A stretch of DNA of 63,314 bases, filler included, from Octopus bimaculoides (lineage: Eukaryota), in NCBI RefSeq assembly GCF_001194135.2. It is 3 parts of 3 records of this genome, joined end to end, with 100 filler letters (N's around TTAATTAATTAA, not from the genome) between each part and the next. Parts side by side here need not be neighbours in the genome. Positions count along the whole stretch, not along the records: positions 1 to 27,625 come from NC_068992.1; 2 more parts are not named here. One strand, written 5' to 3'. Positions within the stretch are counted from its first letter, which is position 1, and each line of letters begins with the position of its first letter. Of the stretch, positions 1-14,582 are shown in pieces. Position numbers and translations under genes: made by a program. The notes beneath the pieces were generated by a model. It had not been told where the DNA came from. It saw nothing but the letters and a program-made list of their open reading frames with translations, and did no database searches.

Positions 1-33
<33 letters not shown>

Positions 34-455
34 CATATATACACAGATGTATTATGCTATATACACAGCGTCATCAGCATCATGACCATCACTATTGCAA
101 TTATTCCCGACCACTACATAGGCATCATTTCCTAATGCAGTCTACACAGCCACACACACACACAGCCACACAGCTGCACCACCCACATACACACGCACAC
201 ACATATATATACTTACTCACACACACACTCAAACACACACATACGCACACAAAGACATAGACATATATATTAAACCTGAAAAATGAAAAAAAAAGAAAAA
301 TTCTGCAACAAATACACGAAAAGCCTTTGATGTTAGATGAACGATAGACCGATATTCTGTTATACTGATCTTCTGATAGACCGATATGCTGATATTTTCA
401 TATTCTCATCTCCGGATTCTTTAGTCCATTTTTTTTCATATTTTTCTCTCTCTCT

Positions 456-618
456 CTACTACTACTACTACTACTACTACTGCTGTTGCTGCTGCTGATG
501 CTCATTGTTATTACTACCATCATTAATATTTCTATCGCTATCATCATCATCGTCATCATCATCATCATCATCATCGTCATCATCATCATCATCATCGTCA
601 TCATCATCATCATCATCG

Positions 619-698
<80 letters not shown>

Positions 699-800
699 TT
701 CTGATATTAGTCCACTCTCTTCATAGTGGTCTAGATTGTGAACTCCGGCGAACGCGTTTTTTTTCTATTAATATCATTATTATTATTCCTGTTATTATTA

Positions 801-852
<52 letters not shown>

Positions 853-895
853 TATTATTAATATTATTACTATTATTATTGTTATTATTATCATT
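456..895. repeat. Compound trinucleotide microsatellite (CTA)n/(CAT)n/(TAT)n
   Basis: Directly visible; explains the poly-M/I/S/L ORFs at 398-929. Confidence 0.95.
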
Positions 896-1178
896 GTACA
901 CAAGATCTGACTTTTGGTTTATGATGTGATGCTACAATAGTCGCGGGTGGAGGTCGCGGGTGGTGGTTGGTAGTCAGTGATGTTTGTGACAATCTTTTAT
1001 CATGTTTATGCTTATATAAACGTTGTGTTTGCGGTAATGCGTTCCTATTCTTTTAGCTCTGGTTCTTTCTTTTATTCTCCATCAAACCGAGTTGTTATTC
1101 CTGAGGCTGGACATTTTATTTTCGAGTTGCTTTGTTTCATCCTTGTCATATTTCTTAGTTTTTCTCATGCTGTTTTCA

Positions 1179-1215
<37 letters not shown>

Positions 1216-1870
1216 NNNNNNNNNNNNNNNNNNNNNNNNNNNNNNNNNNNNNNNNNNNNNNNNNNNNNNNNNNNNNNNNNNNNNNNNNNNNNNNNNNNNN
1301 NNNNNNNNNNNNNNNNNNNNNNNNNNNNNNNNNNNNNNNNNNNNNNNNNNNNNNNNNNNNNNNNNNNNNNNNNNNNNNNNNNNNNNNNNNNNNNNNNNNN
1401 NNNNNNNNNNNNNNNNNNNNNNNNNNNNNNNNNNNNNNNNNNNNNNNNNNNNNNNNNNNNNNNNNNNNNNNNNNNNNNNNNNNNNNNNNNNNNNNNNNNN
1501 NNTATATATATATATATATATATGCAGATATATATAGATAAGTATATATTGCATCTATTCATTTGCCGAGACGTATTGGGAGAAGGTATGTGGCTTATGG
1601 CTATTTGTTTCTTTTGTTCCTGTTTTAACATATTGCTTGTGTTTTTTTTTGTTATATTTATGCTTTTATGTAAATTTTTGAACGCAATTGTTTGAATTTT
1701 ATACATTTCTATGTTTGATAGTTGGCTAACTGGATTAGTTCGGATGTGTACATATGTGCAGTGTGCAGACATACACGCACGCGCGCATACACACATCCAC
1801 ACATCTATATATATTTATGTATGCATGAATGTACGTATATATGTATATCTACATATATATAATGTAAATA

Positions 1871-1901
<31 letters not shown>

Positions 1902-2800
1902 CATACATGTACATACTTACATATATATGTATATACACATGCATATATGGGTACAGGACATATATGTATATATGTATATATATGTATATATATATATTTA
2001 TGTACATATTTATCCATGTGTTTGGAAACATACACAGTCACACGCGGAGACGGACATACATAAAGAAGATGTTTGATATACATACACACATACACACAGA
2101 CGCCCACATACAAACACACACACATACACACACGCACACATACACACATATATACACATATGTATATATGTGCATATATGTATATATATTTATGTTTAAA
2201 TATCTATATGCATACATCCGAATCCACATATACACCCAAACACACACACATACACACACACGCACACACACATACATATACATCAGCAAGATGCAGTATC
2301 CACCCTTCCCCACCCGCATATGCTGACTGTTTTGCAGCGCATGCTCTGAGCAAACCAGGGAAACAAAACCATTTTTTTTTCATGTCAATGATTCTAATCC
2401 AATGAAATTACTCGCTAGGATTCACTTCGAAACTCACTCGCTCTCTTTCCGCCCCTCTGTCTCTCACCCTCTCTCTTTCATTCTTTCTGTCCCTCTTCCT
2501 CCTTCTTTCTCAGTCATATACTCACACACAAGCACTTTTGAAACACAACGTCAAAATGTCGAATTACATTTTACTACTTGGTGGACAAAATGTTTTACAT
2601 TCTACAATAAAACAAAGCAAATAAACTTCAATAGTGTATAATTAAAGAATTAAAGAAACTGATGCAGGCTGCCGTTCTTGTTTTCTTGTCTTTTTATGTT
2701 TTTTGTTTGCTCTATTCCTCGTTAGGCCCGATCGAGAAGACGCCATCAAATACACATACATACGCATACAAATACATACGCACTGACGGGGAGATACATG

Positions 2801-2869
<69 letters not shown>

Positions 2870-3262
2870 NNNNNNNNNNNNNNNNNNNNNNNNNNNNNNN
2901 NNNNNNNNNNNNNNNNNNNNNNNNNNNNNNNNNNNNNNNNNNNNNNNNNNNNNNNNNNNNNNNNNNNNNNNNNNNNNNNNNNNNNNNNNNNNNNNNNNNN
3001 NNNNNNNNNNNNNNNNNNNNNNNNNNNNNNNNNNNNNNNNNNNNNNNNNNNNNNNNNNNNNNNNNNNNNNNNNNNNNNNNNNNNNNNNNNNNNNNNNNNN
3101 NNNNNNNNNNNNNNNNNNNNNNNNNNNNNNNNNNNNNNNNNNNNNNNNNNNNNNNNNNNNNNNNNNNNNNNNNNNNNNNNNNNNNNNNNNNNNNNNNNNN
3201 NNNNNNNNNNNNNNNNNNNNNNNNNNNNNNNNNNNNNNNNNNNNNNNNNNNNNNNNNNNNNN

Positions 3263-3319
<57 letters not shown>

Positions 3320-3470
3320 ACACACACACACACACGCTCACAAATGTTGATGCAAACCATAAAAACATACTTTAACGCTTTCTCGTCACTTCTGTTTACG
3401 CGGTCAAACGCACACATATACTCACATTTCAACACATACATACACAGAAGTATGGGTCTAGTATATTTAG

Positions 3471-3600
3471 CATAGTGTTGACGGCGGAGATGGCGATGGA
3501 AACGACGCTCCAAGAAGTATGTGTCGACATGGACGATCGTCATGCTAAAACAAGCAGTCAAGCGTCCTTCAAATCATGCACGACCACCTGCAATCATTTG
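3471..3600 (+). CDS. Candidate exon, unknown gene (MAMETTLQEVCVDMDDRHAKTSSQASFKSCTTTCNHL)
   Basis: tatttAG acceptor, ATG at 3490, open frame ending on a codon boundary at TTG|GTAAAC; GC/CpG-richer than flanks. No family recognised. Confidence 0.2.
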
Positions 3601-3744
3601 GTAAACGTGTAATTCCTTGTATTTATATGTTTGCTAGTGTCTGAGTGTGTATGTGCTTGTGTCTGGGTGTGTTTACACACACACACACACATACATACAC
3701 ACACACACACAGACACACACACACACACATTTCTACTGCAACAC

Positions 3745-3870
3745 ATTTCTACAACCCAGTGAACTAGAACAACGTGAAATAAAGTGCCTTGCTCAATAAC
3801 ACAACACAGGTCGGTCTGGGAATCGAACTGACTACCTCATATTTGTGATGCCGACGCTGTAGCCATTGAG
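3745..3870 (-). mobile_element. SINE family C, 5' part (tRNA head + CORE-like block)
   Basis: Reverse complement reads tggctcaatgg...gttcgattcccagaccg...gtgttattgagcaaggcactttatttcacgttg, matching the copy at 40672. Confidence 0.75.
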
Positions 3871-4574
3871 CCATATATATATATATAATATTAGGGATAA
3901 AAATCCAAATTTACAGGTAAAAGCTCAATTAAATTCAATTTATCATATTCTTGCCATCTCTTCATATCGTTCAATACAGCAATATGAAATCATGTCCTAT
4001 GTACATACTTTAGTTCTTAACTCTGAAATAATCTTCGTGTGTCTTATGAACAGAATCTGTAAATACCAATAACCGATATAATGGTTGGGTGGTTGGATGG
4101 TTTGTTGGTTGGTTAGTTAAATATTGCAGTCACATGCTAATGTAGCATAGACAGATAGAGAAAGAGAGAGAGAGAGAGAGTAAAAGAGAGATACAGATTT
4201 AACATAAAACGTGTAGTGTGAATGCACACGTGAAGATTGGTGGCAGGCAATGAGTAAGGGAAGGCTATGCAGCTACGCAGGGAGAGAGATAGAGAGAGAG
4301 AGAGCGGGGGGGGGTAGAGAGAAAATTCTAGACACTGATGAAGAAGAGGGAAGAGGAGGACAAAGAGGTGGCGTGAATAAAGAAATATTCCTGGAGAGGT
4401 TATACAAATAAACAACATGGTTTATTTGATTTTAATTTAAGGAAGAAAATATTTTCTTATGAAAATTATCATCATTTTTGTATAAAAACCAAGAAATATG
4501 TTAATATTTAAATCATGATTACTGCTTGTATGTCATATTTTCTGGAGTTAACCATTGTACACGGATGCCGAATT

Positions 4575-4740
4575 ATGACTACTCGAGTAGGTCGTCCCAA
4601 CAGAACTTATGCAAGTTTACTCACCAGAAACATTGGTTATCTCCCCGAAGGGTCCCTTCCCCTCAACTAATGCACGACCAAGATGGATGCCATGCGTGGA
4701 TGAAAAATTTCCAAGCAAAATCCTGACCTGATGATGCTGA
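4575..4740 (+). mobile_element. Degenerate RTE-clade LINE 3' end
   Basis: Frameshifted GRPNRTYASLLTRNIG...LMHDQDGCHAWMKNFQAKS* followed by tgacctgatgatg; resembles the RTE ORF C-terminus (GRP.RT....L.RD.G...M.DR..W) and (TGA)n tail. Confidence 0.5.
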
Positions 4741-5662
4741 TCTATGGTACGTATACATCCGAATTTCCATGCCAAATAACAAATAGCAACTGTAGTACTT
4801 ATATAACAGACTTTATATTGTGGCTAAAAGAAAAAAAAACAAAAAAAGTAGACCCAAAGCAAATCAATAGAAACGAAAAAGAAAAAAAAGGATATTTAGA
4901 TGGAGAAAAGAAAAAGAAAATCATTTGAAAAGTACCTACAAATGCAGAAAACCTGGAGTGAAAGTCAATCAACTAGCAGAGTGTATAAATAGTATATGAA
5001 CTTATAATATATAAACCAACATTATGTATTTCGTTCTTTGCAATCTGCCACTCAGCGATTGTAATGCTTGTTCTTCATTTTGATTTTTGATTTTTTCTGG
5101 CTGGAAGTTCTACTATAAAATCTTTATTTTGATGCTTTATTTTCAGTTTCATGTTTTAGACAATTCTATGTCGAAAACGTCAAGAATATATCACTGAGGG
5201 CAATTTCCATTAAAAGTAAAACATTTGTCAATATTTACCAAAATATTCAGTGAATGGAAAAAAGAAAAATGAAAGAACTTTTTTATAATTCATAACTTCT
5301 GAATTATGGTTTGACTTAAGTTTGGCTTTTTATTTTGTAACTCTGGCTTACAGATCGAGATAAAACAGCGATGAGACTCTGCTATTAGTCGATAACTTGC
5401 TGTAATTGGAGCAGAATTGAAAAAGGTCAGTAGAGGGTTGGTTAGAAAGCCTTACAGTATTGGTTCTAGCTTTCTAAGATCTGAGTTATTTGCTTCTTAA
5501 TTTTCCCTCAAATCTCATCTATCATTTTCAAAATAGAAAAATAAAATGGAGTGGAACTCTATGAATTGGCCATGAGTGAACGGGTGAGATCCCAAAAATT
5601 CTCGATTTTGTTTCGGATTCAGACGTTTTCTACAACGGAGATTTCAATATTGCAAATGATAT

Positions 5663-5880
5663 AGGCAGCGAGCTGGCAGAAACTTTAGCACGCCAGGTAA
5701 AATGCTTAGTGGTATTTCATCTGTCTTTACGTTCTTAGTTCAAATTCCGCCGAGGTTGACTTCGCCTTTCATCCTTTCGGGGTCGATAAATTAAGTACCA
5801 GTTGCGTACTAGGGTCGATCTAATCGACTGGCCCTCCCCTCCCCCAAAATTTCGGGTCTTGTGCCTAGTGTAGAAAAGGA
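5663..5880 (+). mobile_element. SINE family A, near full length
   Basis: A-box-like agctggcagaa, B-box gttcaaattcc, central cctttcatcctttcggggtcgataaattaagtaccag, tail cttgtgcctagtgtagaaaag; more than ten similar copies in the window. Confidence 0.9.
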
Positions 5881-6315
5881 TATTGCAATGATAACAATAA
5901 TAAAAAAAAAAAGAACTAAAATCAAAACTAAATTAAAAAATTAGAGAAATTAAAAAAGAGCAACATTTCAAAATTTCAATTTTCCAAGATTTAAAAAAAG
6001 ATAAATTGAAATTTTGGAAATATTTCTTCTTCAGAGCTTTGCTATTATTTCCAGCATATGATGAAGTCTTCGTCATTTCATGCCTTGGTTGGAAAAGTAT
6101 CCACGCATGCGCAAATTAGTGAACGTATTTAAACGCAAGAAAATTAGTGTGACTGTGTTGTGTGGTGGAGAAGAGGGAGTCAATTTTTTTGTAAAAAAAT
6201 TCAATTTTAGCCAAAAAGTATATTTCATAATTATAATCTCCCTATTTTTCTCAGTGGAATTAAAAGGAAATTTTTGGAGAGAAGTTGGTAGGTGACAGAA
6301 TTCGAAATTTTGTCA

Positions 6316-6695
6316 TCTTTTCTCTTGTTTCAGTCATTAGACTAAGGCCATGCTGAAGCACCATCGTGAAGAATTTTAACCAAACAAATTGACTCCAGTA
6401 CTTATATCTTAAAACCTGGTACTTATTCTATCGTTCTCATTTGCTGAGCCGCTAGTTTACAGAAACATAAACACACCGACACCGGTTGTTAAGCAGGCGT
6501 GAGAGGACACACACACACACATATTTATATGTGACGGGATTCTCTTAGTTTCTGTCAACCAAATCCACTCAGAAGGATTTCATCAGTCCAAGACTATAGA
6601 AGAAGACACTTTACCAAAGTGTCACGCAGTGGGACTGAACCCGGAAGCATGTGGTTCGTGAGGAAGCTACTTACCACAAAGCCATGCCTGCGCCT
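6316..6695 (-). mobile_element. SINE family B, full length
   Basis: Reverse complement aligns with the 49101-49499 copy over head, internal (CA)n and tail. Confidence 0.9.
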
Positions 6696-7306
6696 GTATA
6701 TTAATGCAACTCTTTTGTTTAAATCGAAATCTCTGCTGTTAAAAACGTTCGAAAAACAAAAATGGAAACAAAAAAAGGCATGGAGGTGGGTTCGATCCAT
6801 CGATTGACACAACACATGCCATCATAAATTCCTCAAGTTTGTCTGCCGGCTAAATAACCACCTCTGCAACATTTCCTCTTTTGTTATGTTGCTAAAAGCT
6901 AACCGACCGTAAAGGAAAAAAAAAACGTATAAAATTAAAGCGGGGAAAGTTGAAGAACGAAATACAAGGGAGAAAGCTGTTAAGAGCGTCCCTGACGTAT
7001 CGATAAATGATTAGAAATTATTGACCCAAGAATGATATCGGTGTATACCTTAGTTATGCATTCGAATAAGAGGTGGGACAGCGGACATCTCCGGTCCACT
7101 TGGACATCGGTACAGAGAAAAAAGTGAGGTCTGAGAATCAATATATTGACACACACACATATATGGACACGGGTGCACGCACGCACACACACATACACAC
7201 ACACACACACACACATATTCTTTCTCATATTTATATATTATATATACCGATATATATCTATATCTAGCTTTCTCTCTCACTCACACTCTCTCTCTCTATA
7301 CACACA

Positions 7307-7369
<63 letters not shown>

Positions 7370-7878
7370 GATTGCAGCGACGGAATAAACAACAGAGAGA
7401 GAGAGTGAGTGAGAGAGAGATGGAGGGGGAGAGTGAGAGAGAGAGAGTTATATACTTGATATTTATAGTTTCAAAAGTTCGTGTTTTGGTTTGTGTATCG
7501 AACCACTTGGTACCGTGATTTGGTAACTTCCATTTCCAACGCATAATTCTTCTCTCACCATAATAATTGAATCGATGAATCAAAATATTGGATTATTCTA
7601 TCGAAGAAGCATTATCCATATACTATTTTAGTTGTTGATTTTATGACTTACAGCTATTTTTTTCTTTCATTTATTTCCTCACTTCTCGTCTCCATTATTT
7701 CCAATTTTACTAAGAATTCTAAACACTCGCTTCTGCTGCCAGGAGGTGCTTATGCTTTCCAAAGAATTGGTTCTTACATAATTGACACCATCACAACAAA
7801 ATCCGAAGAATATACCTGATTGGTATGCATTATAACAACCGGCAGAGACGACTAACCCCAATGCGGTCCATTTGTGAC

Positions 7879-7941
<63 letters not shown>

Positions 7942-8208
7942 TGCATTCATACGTACATAAATATATATATGCACACAAACACACATATATTCATTTATAC
8001 AATTTGTACTGATAGTGTATTTACATTCACTCACGTATATGCATACATACATACACACATACACACACACACAGACACACAAACCCATATATGAATAGAG
8101 GTAAATATATATGTATATACTTATATAAGCACAAGGTTTTATACACACATACATAGAGATATATATGCATGTGTGTATGTATGTGTGCATTCGCGTGCAT
8201 GTTTGTGC

Positions 8209-8281
<73 letters not shown>

Positions 8282-9182
8282 TCATTGCAAAACATAAGGT
8301 TATACAAGACAAAGATAGGAAACATGTGTCTACAGGTTAGCTCAATCCAATGAAATCTGTTCCATTGTAAGACAATAATCTCTTACAACAAATTCCCTGT
8401 TGGCTTTAAAATGAAGAAACCTCATATTTTAATATTTGAATGTATTAATAATATAACATCATGTGTCATAGTATGAGTAGAGTAGTAACCGATAGAAATA
8501 GTCAGTGAATAGAATACCTTATTGGTCAGGTGTCTCTGAAAAATAGGCTTATTCAAGCAGAGTTGATCGTGCAAAATATAATTTCTGAACTACATACGCA
8601 AAGGCGAAGTTTTACCACCTCCGAAACGAAATCTGAATACAATAGCTCCGAACTACACCATTTTCTATGTTCCTTTATCAAGAATTCCTTTTATTGAACA
8701 GTTTAAGCGTGTTAATCCTTGTTGTGTGAGTGACTCGCCGTCGGGGTATGAAGTTTGATGGTGGATGTTTCAGTTCGCTATTTAATGGTTTTGTTTAAAT
8801 CATGCACATTCTATAACGCTTAATGTAGTTTTGTATAAGGAAAAAATAAATAAATAAAACGAAGTAGAACTGATTCTACTATTCTGGTATGCCTTATATC
8901 GGTTTATACTTGTTAGTTCAGATCTCTTGGAGATCAATTGTAATTTTTCTGAGTCTGTCGTGAGGTAAAAAAAGAACGTCTAGCAAGTCGAGGAGTCGTT
9001 CTCACGTATTTAGGTAAGTCAGCAGTGACCTTTAAAGTTTAGTGTGACCTAATAAGTTTTTGTAGAGGAGTAAATTGAAGCTGTGATCTTCATGCTTTTC
9101 CTCATGCTCTTAGTGATTTATTTAAAATGAAGTCGATACACAGAATTCATATGATAGAGGAAATTGTGTCGAATTGACTTAC

Positions 9183-9265
9183 CGTGGTTTAAATATCATG
9201 CCTTTGATAGTAAAAAGTATTTCTGGACACCCATGGGGGTCCGTCGATTGACAGAGTGCATTAAC
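9183..9265 (-). CDS. Candidate 83-nt exon (VNALCQSTDPHGCPEILFTIKGMIFKP)
   Basis: tatctaacAG acceptor, ACG|GTAAGT donor, one open frame. The acceptor lies in an old SINE remnant. Confidence 0.2.
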
Positions 9266-10944
9266 CTGTTAGATATACTTAAGCTGTCCAGGATCATCCA
9301 TTTCAGTTTTGAGATCAAATCCTAACGAATTTAACGCCACCTTCTTTCATCCTTCTAGAATCGATAATAATTTAATCAAGTACTGCGGCTGATATTATCG
9401 AATATTTTCGTCTCAATGCGAGGAATTGTGCCTTTGTAAGAGATCAATACTTCATAATAGGCAGACATCTTCCGGTATGGCTCTTTACAGTTTGAAATGA
9501 AATCCTGCCGTGGTCAGCCTCGCTTTTGATTATTACGGGGGTCAAATAAATAATGGAACAGACAATTATTGAGGGTTTAATTCAAATTTCGTTACTCTCC
9601 GAAAATATTCGGACCATGTGCCTATGTTATAAATCAATATTCGTCTAATTTTAAATATGGTTCATGTACTTTTTTTCTAAAACCACGTTTTATGACCGCA
9701 AGTTTTACGATTACGAAGTACTTTTGATTAGTCACTGCAGCCTTTCATATAAATAGAAGTTTTGAACAGTGACTGTGATTTTGAACCTCCCCTAAGGTCA
9801 TTAAGTAGGTTAATGAATTACGAAATAAATTAATTAATAATAGTTCAACTAACTCCAGCTTGCGATCTTATTCTCCGATGGAGCAGGGGCTTATCTCTTG
9901 CTCCCAAGTTTTACAAACACCAGACTTCATAATAAAATAACGCACATTCACGAAAATAAAATAAAACCTAAATTGCATGAGCAAAAGCTGCGGTAAATTT
10001 TGCGAAAGGTCAGATCGATATATGATTTATCTGTGTCTAATCTATTCCTCATTAAACACTATTTGGTAAGAAAACTTAATTACAATGTTAAATGTGTGAT
10101 ATCTCGCATTCGAACTTAAAGCTCTCTTCAGTTTCTGCTTGCATTTCTCGTGCCATTTGATGTCATATTCATATCTTTTCCTTTCATCTTTTATTATCGC
10201 CCACCATGTTTTTTTCAGGTACATTTTCCCTCCGATCAAATTTCTCTTCAAACTTTTTGCAATATAAAAATAAAAATGAAAATAAAAACAAACAAATAAA
10301 ATAAGAAATAAGAAATAGAAAATAAAAAAATGAAAGTATTATTTTTGTTATTTTTAAAACTTAGTATTTTAAAACGTTTAAGTTATTATAAATTATTGAT
10401 TAATAAAAATGAGTTCAAATCTATAGAATCGATCCTAGTTCACGCCTGCTTTTTTATATTATTGATCCTATTTATTGTTTCACTGTTTAAACGGAATAAT
10501 ATTACTAAAATCTCACATCTATTTAAAACAATTGACCCGTTGAAGTTGTCGACCGCCAAACTTTGAATTTCGCAATTACATGCTCTGTGTTTCAAAATCG
10601 GTAGTTCATTTATTCTACATACACATGAAGCAAATCAGATACACAAACACACCAATACATTCCCTATTTCTGACATCGATGAAACACATAATTCTCCATT
10701 CCTCATTACCAACGCGTGTTCTTGAACAAAAGAAAGAAATGAAGTACAAACTAGGAACCTAAAAGACATGATGTTTCTATATCCAGCTAATTCAGCCACA
10801 CGTTTAGTGAAAGTTATTAGCATAGCGCATACTTCTTACTCGCCATCGTAGAGAATTGCCTGTAAGTAAATATATTATGTTTAGGTATTTGCCATGATAA
10901 TTACCTTGCCTATCTTCAAAATGTTTAATGCCTTTTGCCCATGT

Positions 10945-11268
10945 ATTTGTTTCAGTAATTAGACTACGGCCATGCTGTGGCAACGCCTTGAAGAACGTTT
11001 CGTCGAATGAATTTTAGTTTGTTTTAAAAAATCTTTTTTGCCGAACCGCTCGGTTACAGGTATGTAAACACATTTACGCCATTTGCTAACCAGTGGTGTG
11101 CGAAGAGCACAGAAAAAACACACGCGCGCGCACAAGATGGGCTTTCAGTTTTCGTCTATCGAATCTGCTGACAAGACTTTGGTCAACTCAAAGCTATAGC
11201 AGACACCACGCAGTCGGACTGAACCCAGAACCATGTGGTTGGGAAGCAAACTTTTTACCATATAGCCA
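10945..11268 (-). mobile_element. SINE family B, diverged
   Basis: tttcagtaattagactacggccatgctg tail and gcagtcggactgaacccagaaccatgtggttgggaagc head as in other B copies. Confidence 0.85.
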
Positions 11269-11347
11269 GATAAAGTTCGAACATCGACCTCTCAAGTTAA
11301 AAAAATATTAATTGTATTATGTAGATTATATAATAATAGCCTTTATC

Positions 11348-11733
11348 CAGTAGAACCTCGCAGTACGAGTGCCCCGTTGTACGAGTAATTCGCTGTACGA
11401 GCCGAGACTCATGCGAATTTTTGTCTTGAAGTACGAACGGAAATCCGCAGTACGAGCACACAAATCATCCCATCTTTAAGGTAATTCATTTAATAAAACC
11501 AGTTTTCATATTTCTTTTGCATTCTCTTTTTTATTATTGCAATTTTATTTGTAACTACACCTTTTCTGTTTAAAACCCACAAAAAATTATTTTCGAGTGA
11601 TTTTTGGGGGGCTGGAACGGATTAATTATATGTTAGTTAATTTCAAGTGATAAAAATTGATTTGTAAAACGAGTAAATCGTAAGACGAGCTCGGTCATGG
11701 AACGAATTAAACTCGTATTGCGAGGTATCACCG
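11348..11733. mobile_element. Tigger/pogo-type MITE
   Basis: Imperfect 23-bp TIRs (cagtagaacctcgcagtacgagt / actcgtattgcgaggtatcaccg), TA at the right end, repeated subterminal gtacga motifs, no ORF. Confidence 0.8.
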
Positions 11734-12578
11734 TACTTATTTGGACATTTTCCTAGATATTTGCTTTACTGATTGACAAATATTTCGTGACTTTTGTATA
11801 TGAAACTGAAGTCTTAGAAATGAAATGTAAATTCCATATAAAACATTGGGTTAAAAGATGCCTAATATTAAGGTAGTGATCCAAAAACTGTTTAATTAAT
11901 TTCAATTACACTTGTAATGAGGAGAAAATGATTAGAATTATTAATTGAATTTAATGATGTTTACTCTTCAGGGGGAATGAAATTTTAGTCAATAAAAAAA
12001 TATTTCTGTTCATTACATTAACTATGCTAATAATTAATTATGTTTTACATGAAGAATATAACTCTGAGTAGCTTTTCACAACCAATCAATTCCACTCCTC
12101 CATAACGTAATTTCGCTCCTATTTCTATTCATCTGACATAACTGTTTATCTCAATAGCAATTCCTATCAACTTACTGCACTTTAATATCCAAAATTCTGA
12201 GAATTAATGCCATGATGGTTATATCTTGATGATGTTCGAAGATTGACGACTTTCATTTAAGTGGATGGCACTTTAATGTGATATGCCCAGCAGAGGTTAT
12301 GTAACCTATTCCGGACAGTGAGCTGAATCGAAGGGCAAAGCGTCAAGTGATCAATTAGCTGATATAATTACACAAAAGAACTCCTGAATTTGTTTTGAGC
12401 TCAAGGCCTTTCAGTTCGTATAAATTTCGTGCTTAATTCTCCTCTGTCACAATGAGACTATATAATTAACCTCCCGTTTGTCCTCCAAACCAAATATGTG
12501 ATTATGTTTATTAAGTTTGAACACGGAATTCAAGTAATCCTTTTAGAAGTGTCTTGTTATACGTACACAATTCACGCA

Positions 12579-12666
<88 letters not shown>

Positions 12667-13169
12667 CAGATATGTTGCGTGCATTTTTGTACGTCTATGC
12701 TGCATGTGTGAGTGTATGTACGTGCGAGGAGAATGTGTGTGTGTGTGTGTGTGTGCACGAAATTTCGTTTGTTTAAAGTGTAGAAATAATTAAACTTTTA
12801 TTCTAGAAGCTTTTCAAAAGAATGTCGGAACAAACAAAAATGTTTTCTAATCTTTTTTTTTCTTGGTTAGATTTAACCCGGAGGACAAATAGCAGGAGAG
12901 AAAGAAAGAGGGGAGACAGAACAGGTTGAGAAATAAAAGGGCAGATAGATAGCTAGATAAAGATGGGGAGAGCAAAGAAAGGGAGAAGGAAATGAGAAGA
13001 TAAAATAGAAGATAGGGGCGTAAAGAGAGAGAGAGAGCGAGAGAGAGAGAGAGAGAGGGGGGAGGGAGAGAGAGAAAAAGAGAGAGAGAGAGAGTTGAAG
13101 GAAAAGAGGATGTAAAGAAAAATGTTTGTGAAAAAATTGTTTAAAAAACAAATTTCAATTAGTTAAATA

Positions 13170-13232
<63 letters not shown>

Positions 13233-13544
13233 GAATAATATTTGGGGGCAATATCAACCATGTTTTGTTACAATTGAAATAAGTGGGGAAACGTGGTAAT
13301 CCTAAAGACTAATTAAATTCCAAAGATTTACAAAGGGAATGAAACGAATATTTGCTGATAACCTTTTACAGCTTGAGGAGGAAAACTTGACAAGTGATCT
13401 TCCGTCCATTTTCTATGTGATAATGATTGAAGAGTATCAAAACAAACAAAAAAAAAAGCCTTGCATTTACACACCGAAAAGATGGTCGTTGTTGTTGTTG
13501 TTGATGTTGCCACATCTGCTTTTGGTTAACATCAGGTCAATCTT

Positions 13545-13690
13545 AATCAAGTAAATTCGTGATCAAAGACTCCCCAGCCGTAGCAAACCAATCTTTTATT
13601 GTTTATGCGGCACAGTCTATCTATGAGTACCTTAGTACAATGTGATTTAAAGGTGTTCGCCTGCTATTTTCTGCTGGTGTAACAACAGCT
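13545..13690. repeat. Old dispersed repeat (family E)
   Basis: tgatcaaagac..ccagc.g...gtgattt...gctgct.ttct shared with 54395-54545; partial matches at about 24100-24135 and 27050-27250. Class unclear. Confidence 0.5.
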
Positions 13691-14168
13691 GGGTCGTATG
13701 TAGTAGCGTTCATGCATTGCTGTACATTGTTAATAAGAAGTAGGCGTTGAGATGCCTCCCCAGGAATGTAGTCCTAAATACACAGGCTGTAAAGGACGTA
13801 GCCGGATCACATTTTGCCTGAGTATATAATAATCAATTGAAAATGAGCTAAGAGTAAAAAAGCGCACGGTTACAGAACCAAAGTTTGGAAGGCAAGTCTA
13901 GTAATCCCTAGAACATGACAGCTACTTATACTATCAATCAAGCAACAAGAAAGCCATAATGGTAATCGATGTGATTTTTTACTCAGGAAAACGACAAATC
14001 TTAACTGAATACTACCAGCGTTTTTAACCTAAGTCCTAACGATTTTGCCATCGACAGATTTAAAATGAAATGTAATGATTAATTCATGCTGTCCGAGATA
14101 TCAGTTATTTAAAGGATACATCATGAATTTATTGTCTCCCCTTTCCTTCCATATCTAAGTACAACAGG

Positions 14169-14171
14169 ATA

Positions 14172-14252
<81 letters not shown>
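14169..14252. repeat. (TATC)n microsatellite
   Basis: Directly visible. Confidence 0.95.
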
Positions 14253-14253
<1 letters not shown>

Positions 14254-14502
14254 AGCAGTCGGAGATATGATAGTTTGAGCAAAAGAACTGGCTATTGCAC
14301 GCAAAAATAAATATTGAAAACACAAAAAAAGCATTTGACCAAATTTGGACGTACGACAGTTTAACATAACAGCAACGATACACACGCACACACACACACA
14401 CACACATACACACACACACACACACACTCATAGACATACACACACAATCACGCAGTTATGTTATTGCATGCTTGTCTCTGTGTATGTCGATATACCTACC
14501 AG

Positions 14503-14582
<80 letters not shown>

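Noticed and set aside
6980-7130. CPLSHLLF and IRQG words resembling an RT motif
   Set aside because: The motifs are in the wrong order and no other RT motifs are nearby.
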